Source: a virus
Virus record (IMG/VR): IMGVR_UViG_3300024346_000009
DNA: 64,000 bases
Direction: 5' to 3' (one strand)
Below, piece after piece: positions 57,048 to 64,000 of the stretch; positions within the stretch are counted from its first letter, which is position 1, and the number at the start of each line of letters is the position of its first letter. A program made the translations under genes and the position numbers. Below the pieces are notes generated by a model. The model had not been told where the DNA came from. It saw only the letters and a program-made list of their open reading frames with translations, and made no database searches.

Positions 57048-58178
57048 ATGCCTACCTATACCGATTATGTAGATCAAGTACAACAGCAGTTTGCCAATCC
57101 TGCTGAAGAGCTTACGACCGAGGGTAATAAGTATAATATACGGGCTCACACATACCCATCAGATTTAGGGTCACAAGATCTTAAGCATTTTGTATTGTTC
57201 AATATTAATGTGCGAGGTAAGTCAACCTATGATACTGGCGCAAAGAGATTGTTTGAAGTTAAGAGAGCTGAGAGTTCAGGAGGGTTAACAACCGATCAAC
57301 TCGGTACTGCAGCAGTAGCAGGCACCGCAGCCGCAGCCGCAGTGGCAGCAGGTGCCGCGGTTAGCTCCTTGGTAAGTAATGCTACACGAAGTGTGGGTAA
57401 GACAGGGGCAAAATCTATAGCTCCAACTAGAGCGCAGGCAGCAGGAAAAACAGCTGCTAAGGTTGCAATCGTAGGAGGCACGGCGTTAGTAGCAGGGGGT
57501 GTTGCAGCCGTAGCTGTATCTAATTTGGATATGTTAAAGAAGGATACCTCGCATAGAATTTCAGATGCAATTGCGTTATATGTTGATGGTCCACCTACTG
57601 TTAAATACAGTATGAACTATGCAAATAAAGATCTTGGAACTCTCATGGGGTTACTAAGTGGTAGTGTACTAGATTCTAAAGGTGGTGCTGGAGAGGCAGC
57701 CTCAGCCATGGGCGCTTCCATGGCAAAACTACCTGGTGCATTTGGTGGTGGTGATCTATCCTCTGCTATAAGTAAATCTTCTGGTACAGCGCTGAATCCG
57801 TTTAGGGAAATTGTTTTTGAGTCTGTTGATTTTAGAACCTTTAATTTCAAATACAAATTCTTTCCAAAGAGTAAGGCAGAGTCTGATTCTGTACATAATA
57901 TTTTAGAATTGTTTAAGGAGCACATGCATCCTGAATTATCAGCTGGAAAACTCTTTTTTATTTACCCTTCAGAATTTCAAATTACATATTATTTTGAATC
58001 GAAGGTAAATCCATACTTCCACAAATTCAGACCCTGTGCTCTTGAAAACCTTGATATTAGTTATGGAGGAGAACAATTTTCTACCTTTAAAGACGGTACA
58101 CCAACTGAAATAAATCTTACTTTAACTTTCCGTGAGCTTGAAATTCTTACTAGAAAAAGTATCAGGGAGGGATATTAA
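57048..58178 (+). CDS. 48: baseplate tail tube cap gp48
   Basis: NPF.E..F....R.F.F, P.EF.I, L.LTF.E. Confidence 0.8.
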   Translation: MPTYTDYVDQVQQQFANPAEELTTEGNKYNIRAHTYPSDLGSQDLKHFVLFNINVRGKSTYDTGAKRLFEVKRAESSGGLTTDQLGTAAVAGTAAAAAVAAGAAVSSLVSNATRSVGKTGAKSIAPTRAQAAGKTAAKVAIVGGTALVAGGVAAVAVSNLDMLKKDTSHRISDAIALYVDGPPTVKYSMNYANKDLGTLMGLLSGSVLDSKGGAGEAASAMGASMAKLPGAFGGGDLSSAISKSSGTALNPFREIVFESVDFRTFNFKYKFFPKSKAESDSVHNILELFKEHMHPELSAGKLFFIYPSEFQITYYFESKVNPYFHKFRPCALENLDISYGGEQFSTFKDGTPTEINLTLTFRELEILTRKSIREGY

Positions 58179-58180
58179 TA

Positions 58181-58876
58181 ATGTATTTTGCAGCATTTCC
58201 CTATACTTACTACTCACTCGATGACAGAGCATCAGCACAAGTTGTTACTAATATAACAGCACGAATTAAAATTAATGATTATGTTAAGAATAATCTCGGG
58301 CTCTTCGATACCTATGATGTTAAAGATGGTGAGACACCTGAACTGGTAGCTGATAAATTTTATGGTAATCCTGCCCTACATTGGCTTATATTACATTATA
58401 ACAATGTTATAGATCCACGATTTGACTGGGTTATGTCAACTGATAATCTTGCAAACTACACTGAAGGAAAATATGCTAACGTAAACGCCATACATCACTA
58501 CGAAGATGCAGATGAAGTGTACACAAACGGCAATGTATACTTAACGTCAAACGTTGCGTTTACTAGTTTTACAGCAGGTGCTGCAATTATTAATAATACC
58601 AATACCGGAATAGGTTATATTACATCTAAGATATCAAGCTCTAATGTAGTTATAACTGTAACTAGTGGTGGGTTTATTACCGGTGATCAAATTAAACTTA
58701 ACTCTAATGCAAGTATCAGAGCGAACATAACAGCGACAAGTACAATTTCTGGTACTGCCGTTACTAATTATACATATGAAGATACTGTTAACGAATCAAA
58801 GCGTAGAATAAAGATGTTAAAGTCTCAGTATGTGGACGCTGTAGTAAAAGATTTTAAAAAGAATTTAGAGTTATAA
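58181..58876 (+). CDS. 53: baseplate wedge gp53
   Basis: MYF..FP, GETPE.VA..YG..LHW, HHYE, NE.KR.I. Confidence 0.88.
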   Translation: MYFAAFPYTYYSLDDRASAQVVTNITARIKINDYVKNNLGLFDTYDVKDGETPELVADKFYGNPALHWLILHYNNVIDPRFDWVMSTDNLANYTEGKYANVNAIHHYEDADEVYTNGNVYLTSNVAFTSFTAGAAIINNTNTGIGYITSKISSSNVVITVTSGGFITGDQIKLNSNASIRANITATSTISGTAVTNYTYEDTVNESKRRIKMLKSQYVDAVVKDFKKNLEL

Positions 58877-58877
58877 T

Positions 58878-60254
58878 ATGGCAACAAGCGAAGGTCTGCA
58901 AAAAGCTGGTCAGGTAAATATTGAACAGCTTAAGCTAATTAACTGTACGGACATTATTACCGATCTTACAGAATTTATAGTTGAGTTAAATATATTTGAA
59001 GATATTTTCTCAAACTACTTATATGGTAATATTATACTTACGGATAGTAGAAATTTAATTGAGAAGCTTAACATCCATGGTGAAGAGTTTTTAAATGTTA
59101 AACTTAGAACACCATCATTTAGTGATAAAGATGTAATTGAGAAGACCTTTAGAATATATAAACTAACGGACCGGGAGATTGTTAGAGATACTAATACTCA
59201 GACGTATACCTTACATTTTGTCTCAATTGAAGTTTTTTATGATGTACTCCTACCATTATTTGTACCATTTGAGGGAGATATGATCGATGTTGTTGCGGAT
59301 ATATTTTCTAATTATGTAGCTTCTTCTCGCAATTTTAATACCTCGGAAAACGAAACAAGCGTTACAGAAAATGAAAAAGTAACTGAACTTATTATTATGG
59401 ATGAAGCTTCTAACAAGGTTAAGTTTATATCACCGGGGTGGACAGCATTTAAATGTATAAATTGGTTAGCTACTAAATCTCTACCTAAAACTACTACTGC
59501 TGCCAACTTTATATTTTTTGAATCAAATAAAAACTTTTATTTTGGTACACTAGAGAATTTATTTAAAGATGCAAGCTTAAATAATAATTATATTGGTCGT
59601 TATCATATTGCAGCATCTAATATTAGATCTGATGAAGGCACAACGGATGTTAATAGAGAATTGTTTCTCGCTCAAGATGTTGTAATGTCAGAAACTGCAG
59701 ACTACATTAAAAATTATACTAACGGTTACTTAGGTAGTCGATTGATATACCTCGATATGTATAACAAGGAATACCAGCAAATTGATTACGATCATGTAAG
59801 TAATTATAAAAATCAATTTCACATATCTGGCCCTGGCGCAACTGCTATACCTACATTCAGTCAAGAAACGTTTGTAAATTTTGCTTCCAGTATTAGCTTT
59901 TATCCAAAAAATCCAAAACTCTTTAATGACTTCCCAGACAACATAAGTGAGAAGATGGGACAGATTCACGGTAACAGATTATCAAGTATGTTAGAGTTAA
60001 CAAATATTAAAATGGTTATGACAGTACCAGGTAGAACAGATGTTGAGATTGGTAGAATATTATACTTTGACTACCCTGCGCTTGGACCTAAAGACGCAAC
60101 AGACAAGGTTCTTGGTGCACAGGATAAACAATATTCAGGTTATTATTTTATAACTGCTATTCACCATAAAATAAATAAAAATGAACACAAAATGACTATG
60201 GAAGTTGTTAAGGATTCTTTATATGTTGATGTCGATAGTAATAGTAAGGGTTAA
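58878..60254 (+). CDS. baseplate hub gp27-like protein
   Basis: NIFEDI..G.I...D, VPG...IG, SG.Y.IT.I.H; between gp53 and gp5. Confidence 0.6.
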   Translation: MATSEGLQKAGQVNIEQLKLINCTDIITDLTEFIVELNIFEDIFSNYLYGNIILTDSRNLIEKLNIHGEEFLNVKLRTPSFSDKDVIEKTFRIYKLTDREIVRDTNTQTYTLHFVSIEVFYDVLLPLFVPFEGDMIDVVADIFSNYVASSRNFNTSENETSVTENEKVTELIIMDEASNKVKFISPGWTAFKCINWLATKSLPKTTTAANFIFFESNKNFYFGTLENLFKDASLNNNYIGRYHIAASNIRSDEGTTDVNRELFLAQDVVMSETADYIKNYTNGYLGSRLIYLDMYNKEYQQIDYDHVSNYKNQFHISGPGATAIPTFSQETFVNFASSISFYPKNPKLFNDFPDNISEKMGQIHGNRLSSMLELTNIKMVMTVPGRTDVEIGRILYFDYPALGPKDATDKVLGAQDKQYSGYYFITAIHHKINKNEHKMTMEVVKDSLYVDVDSNSKG

Positions 60255-60256
60255 TT

Positions 60257-61342
60257 ATGCAAAGAATATTTAATAAGGATGGGTTTAACTGGTGGATTGG
60301 GGTTGTTGAGGACCGGATGGATCCGGAAAGACTTGGTAGGTGTAGGGTACGTATATTTGGTTATCATACTGATAGTCAGGAATTACTTCCAACTAAAAGC
60401 CTACCCTGGGCAATTCCAATACAGCCTATTACATCAGCAGCTATTTCAGGTATTGGCTCTTCCCCTGTTGGTCCTGTAAACGGTACATGGGTTATTGGTT
60501 TCTTCCTTGATGGGGAAGACATGCAGCAACCAGCTATGTTTGGTACTATTGCTACAAAAGCGGCTAAAGGTGCATTTAAGCAGACAGCTGAGCCACCAGA
60601 GGTTACCAATCCTTCTGATGGTATCTTAAAAGATGGGTCCGGTAACCCCGTGGTAGATGGTCAAGGTGAACCCGTTAGAGCAGGCACTCCCAAGGTAGAG
60701 GGGTGGGTTCTGGGACAGACATCTGAAAGGTATGAATCTGGGGGAAAGGGACCTGGTGTAATAAATGCTTACGTGGGCGCAGCTGGTGGGGATCTTGGTG
60801 GAGCATCTTATGGTACGTATCAATTTGCATCTTATCTACCGGAAGTAATGGCAAGTGGAAAAGCAAGACCTTCTGCTAAAGCTTCACCTGTAATGCAATA
60901 TCTCGGCAGTTCAAAGTTTAAAGATAAGTTTGCCGGGCTTGTACCTGCAACAGCAGGGTTTGACACTAAATGGAGAGAAATTGCATCAACGAATACAGCC
61001 GAGTTTAATGAAGACCAGCATGAGTATATTAAACGTAAGTACTATGATGTGGCGGTTGCTAATCTACAACGGTCAAGATTAGATCTAACTAAGTACGGCC
61101 CGGCTGTTCAAGATTTAATTTGGTCGACAGCTGTTCAATTTGGACCTGCCAATACAACAGCATTTCGCGAAACCCTTCTAGGTAAGAGTCAACTTACTGA
61201 TAAAGATATTGTTACATTGGTGAGCGAATGGAAGATAAAGAATGTAGATGTTTTGTTTAAATCAAGTTCACAATCTATTAGAGATGGTGTTAAGAGTAGA
61301 TACCAATCAGAAAAAGCAGCCTTACTAGGATTAATTAAATAA
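60257..61342 (+). CDS. 5: gp5 N-terminal OB-fold plus lysozyme-like domain
   Basis: GVVEDR.DP..GR.RVR..G.H, GFFLDG..Q.P; YESGG..GGASYG.YQ. Confidence 0.85.
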   Translation: MQRIFNKDGFNWWIGVVEDRMDPERLGRCRVRIFGYHTDSQELLPTKSLPWAIPIQPITSAAISGIGSSPVGPVNGTWVIGFFLDGEDMQQPAMFGTIATKAAKGAFKQTAEPPEVTNPSDGILKDGSGNPVVDGQGEPVRAGTPKVEGWVLGQTSERYESGGKGPGVINAYVGAAGGDLGGASYGTYQFASYLPEVMASGKARPSAKASPVMQYLGSSKFKDKFAGLVPATAGFDTKWREIASTNTAEFNEDQHEYIKRKYYDVAVANLQRSRLDLTKYGPAVQDLIWSTAVQFGPANTTAFRETLLGKSQLTDKDIVTLVSEWKIKNVDVLFKSSSQSIRDGVKSRYQSEKAALLGLIK

Positions 61343-63675
61343 TGGATCCATTAATTACAACGCAAATTAAAGGTGTACTTGAAAATAGTATCTTTAATAA
61401 AATAAATGCGCTTAACCTTAACATTCCTAATGCCACCCTCCGTGCTATTGTTTCACGAGTAGCAGAGGAAACATCATCCTCGGTTGTTAAGGGGGTTGGT
61501 ACTACAGCAAACTTTCAACTTACTGATATTCCTAAGAATCTTATAGGAGGGATAAATCCGGTTGATATAGTTACTGGCAATCAAGGTCCTGCAGGTCTTA
61601 CAAATAATCTAGATGGAATATTACAAACCCAGCTATCTGGTCAAATGACAGATAAAGTTGTAACGGCTATACAAAATCAACTTAGATTAAATCTACCTAA
61701 AGACAAATTTAATATTATTAACTTTGATAATTTAAGTTCAAACCTGGTACAGAGCTTAACCCCTACAATTGGTAAATCAATTACAGCAGCGCTCGGTGGG
61801 TTTGCAAATGCTGTGTTTAGCCGTGGTACAACACCACCATCAACGATATCAAATATTGATTCCTATTTTGCTGCAGGAACTTCCGACCAAGCAATGACAA
61901 ATGTAGACGAAGCTTTTACAAGTGTAACTGCCGATTTAGCATTAGAAGAATCGAAAAGGTTCAGTATTGATACAGTGGAGAACAATGAGAAGCTTGCTGT
62001 ACTCGAGAAGGGGTTTCAAGACCCTGGTGCCACATACCCTACAAAAGAATATTCCGGTATGTCGGAGACAAATAAATTAGCACAGGGTGATGTAAGAGGT
62101 ACGATCGTACAAAAGAAAAATCAAGCCAGGATGATTGGTGCAAAGCTTCCATTTGGTGAAGCATGGGATCAACCTGAATCTGCTTTCAGAGGCGCATATC
62201 CATACAATAAAGTAACCGAAACAGAATCCGGCCATGTGATTGAGGTAGATGATACCCCGGGGTCTGAACGACTTCATATCTATCATAGGTCAGGTACGTT
62301 TATAGAAATTGATGCTAATGGATCGGTAGTAAAAAGAGCGGTCGGATCGTCGTACGAGATTATAGACAAGAACGGTAAGATTGCAATTAGTGGTAAGGCA
62401 GATATTTCTGTTAATGGTGAGTGCAATATCTTTGTTGGTAATGATGCAAATATCGAAGTTGAGGGTGATGTGAATCTTACCTGTCATAATGACATTACCG
62501 CACAGGCGGGCGGCACTTTAAACCTATCAGCAACAGAAGAGGTTAACATTACAGGTGCTAATGTTAACGTTCAAGCATACGAAGTCTTGAATATGACTTC
62601 AAACACAGCATTAAATCTACATGCCACAGAAGATATTAACATGCTTGCAAATACAAGCATTTATGTACAAGCTGTCTCTGTATATCAGAATACAACTACA
62701 ACATATAACCAAGCAGATAATTTCTACAATTATGCTAATGAAAGTATTTTCACCCAGGCAGAACAAGATATTAATACCAAGGCAGCTGGTGATTTAAAGA
62801 ACCAGGCTACAGGGGTAATTAGTAATAAAGCGGGGGGTGAGTTTACGGCGGATGGTAATGAAACACATTTACAATCCGGTCATTCTGTCGATGCGGAAGA
62901 TTCACTTACCAGTGAGCCTGCTGCAATTGCGGGTATATCTAATATAGGTATTTTATCAGGTCGTAAAGATATTAGCTATATCGATATTAGCGATCCTCAG
63001 GCAATGACCCTTGCTGATAATAAATCATTGTTATTGGAAGAGCAAACTCAGACAGGTCAGGATTATACTAATCAAAAGAATCTTATTATCAGTGGTGGTT
63101 ATGCAACTGCAGCTGATATCGATAAAGGTCCAGTTGCTGTAGATAGTACCTCTGTACAGTCTACACAAGGTACGACTGTGGCGCAAGATGAAAATCTTAA
63201 GAAGGCAACCCAGCTTCCAGGTAATTATAATATCTCCCCTAACTTTACAATTGAGATGCTCTCCAATAAAGCAGCGGTGACAAGGGATGTTATTCAAGCT
63301 CAAGCAGGTCTAACATATGGAGAGATTGTGTATAACTTACAAGGGTTAGCACTCAACGTACTTGAGCCAGTTAAAAAGTTATATCCAAATATGTTTGTAA
63401 CCTCGGCATTTAGACTACCGGGTAATAACGCTACATCTCAACACCCAAAAGGGCTAGCAGCAGATATTCAGTTTAAAGGTGCTACTAAGAAAGAGTATTA
63501 CGAAATTGCTCAACAGATAGCTAAAGTACTACGTTATGATCAGTTCTTACTTGAGTATTGTAACTACACTAATAATCCATGGATTCATATATCGTTTACA
63601 CCTACTAATAGATTACAAGTACTTACTTTCTTCAACCACAAGACCCATTCCCAGGGCTTAACACAGTTAGCATAA
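61342..63675 (+). CDS. gp5 C-terminal part (beta-helix spike) with peptidase M15 domain
   Basis: YPYN.V.ETESGH..E.DDTPG.ER; SAFR..SQH..G.AAD..WIH. Confidence 0.82.
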   Translation: MDPLITTQIKGVLENSIFNKINALNLNIPNATLRAIVSRVAEETSSSVVKGVGTTANFQLTDIPKNLIGGINPVDIVTGNQGPAGLTNNLDGILQTQLSGQMTDKVVTAIQNQLRLNLPKDKFNIINFDNLSSNLVQSLTPTIGKSITAALGGFANAVFSRGTTPPSTISNIDSYFAAGTSDQAMTNVDEAFTSVTADLALEESKRFSIDTVENNEKLAVLEKGFQDPGATYPTKEYSGMSETNKLAQGDVRGTIVQKKNQARMIGAKLPFGEAWDQPESAFRGAYPYNKVTETESGHVIEVDDTPGSERLHIYHRSGTFIEIDANGSVVKRAVGSSYEIIDKNGKIAISGKADISVNGECNIFVGNDANIEVEGDVNLTCHNDITAQAGGTLNLSATEEVNITGANVNVQAYEVLNMTSNTALNLHATEDINMLANTSIYVQAVSVYQNTTTTYNQADNFYNYANESIFTQAEQDINTKAAGDLKNQATGVISNKAGGEFTADGNETHLQSGHSVDAEDSLTSEPAAIAGISNIGILSGRKDISYIDISDPQAMTLADNKSLLLEEQTQTGQDYTNQKNLIISGGYATAADIDKGPVAVDSTSVQSTQGTTVAQDENLKKATQLPGNYNISPNFTIEMLSNKAAVTRDVIQAQAGLTYGEIVYNLQGLALNVLEPVKKLYPNMFVTSAFRLPGNNATSQHPKGLAADIQFKGATKKEYYEIAQQIAKVLRYDQFLLEYCNYTNNPWIHISFTPTNRLQVLTFFNHKTHSQGLTQLA

Positions 63676-63920
63676 TGGCAAGAGTAGCAAGAATTGGTGA
63701 TAAAGACACCAGGAATGACACGAAGAATATTGGAAGTTCTACCGTTTTTGCAAATGGGATTGGTGTTGTTCGTATTGGAGATAGGGACACACGAATGGAT
63801 ACAATGGTAGAGGCAAGCTCTACTGTCTTTGCAAATGGAGTTAGGGTTTGTAGATTAGGAGATAAGGACACAAGAAACGATAGTATCCGAGAGGGAAGCT
63901 CAGACGTGTTCGTGGGCTGA
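63675..63920 (+). CDS. PAAR-like spike tip gp5.4
   Basis: Three R(I/L)GD..SSTVFANG-type repeats. Confidence 0.8.
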   Translation: MARVARIGDKDTRNDTKNIGSSTVFANGIGVVRIGDRDTRMDTMVEASSTVFANGVRVCRLGDKDTRNDSIREGSSDVFVG

Positions 63921-63933
63921 TATAAATATAAAC

Positions 63934-64000
63934 ATGGCAACCAGAACTACAAGACAATACTCTGACTTTAACCTTCTCTTTACAAGACATCCCGTCACTG
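63934..64000 (+). CDS. 25: baseplate wedge gp25, N-terminus (truncated by window)
   Basis: YSDFNL.F..HPVT; TATAAATA at 63921. Confidence 0.75.
   Translation, partial: MATRTTRQYSDFNLLFTRHPVT

Noticed and set aside
1-64000. Stop-codon reassignment
   Set aside because: Core genes are full length under code 11, end in TAA, TAG and TGA, and no suppressor tRNA was seen

Overview
64 kb of an AT-rich T4-like myophage genome, probably an aquatic phage of a Gram-negative proteobacterial host (betaproteobacterial host inferred from the permuted tmRNA and proteobacterial-type IscU/ErpA). It holds the T4 core replication genes (gp45, 44, 62, regA, 43, uvsX, 41, 61, rnh, 59, 32, 33), nucleotide metabolism (nrdA, nrdB, dCMP deaminase), lysis genes (spanins, holins, two GH19 paralogues, SleB), a block of probable capsid-internal proteins, baseplate/tail genes (tape measure, gp26/gp51, gp54, gp2, gp4, gp48, gp53, split gp5, gp5.4, gp25) and many host-like auxiliary genes (Hsp20, IscU, ErpA, Dps, PhoH, LpxH-like, DacA, lipase, glycosyltransferases). 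The most striking signals are outside the ORF track. Three unrelated genes end in a canonical X_XXY_YYZ slippery heptamer 0-1 codons before the stop, each with an open -1 frame filling the apparent intergenic gap and a candidate stimulatory element (41534, 51323, 54606); the last would fuse gp26 to gp51, lambda G/GT-style, upstream of the tape measure gene. There is also a circularly permuted two-piece tmRNA (tag ANDSKFALAA), several intergenic pseudoknot-like RNAs and two atypical CAU tRNAs. Product calls come from motif recognition and synteny only; no database search was run.
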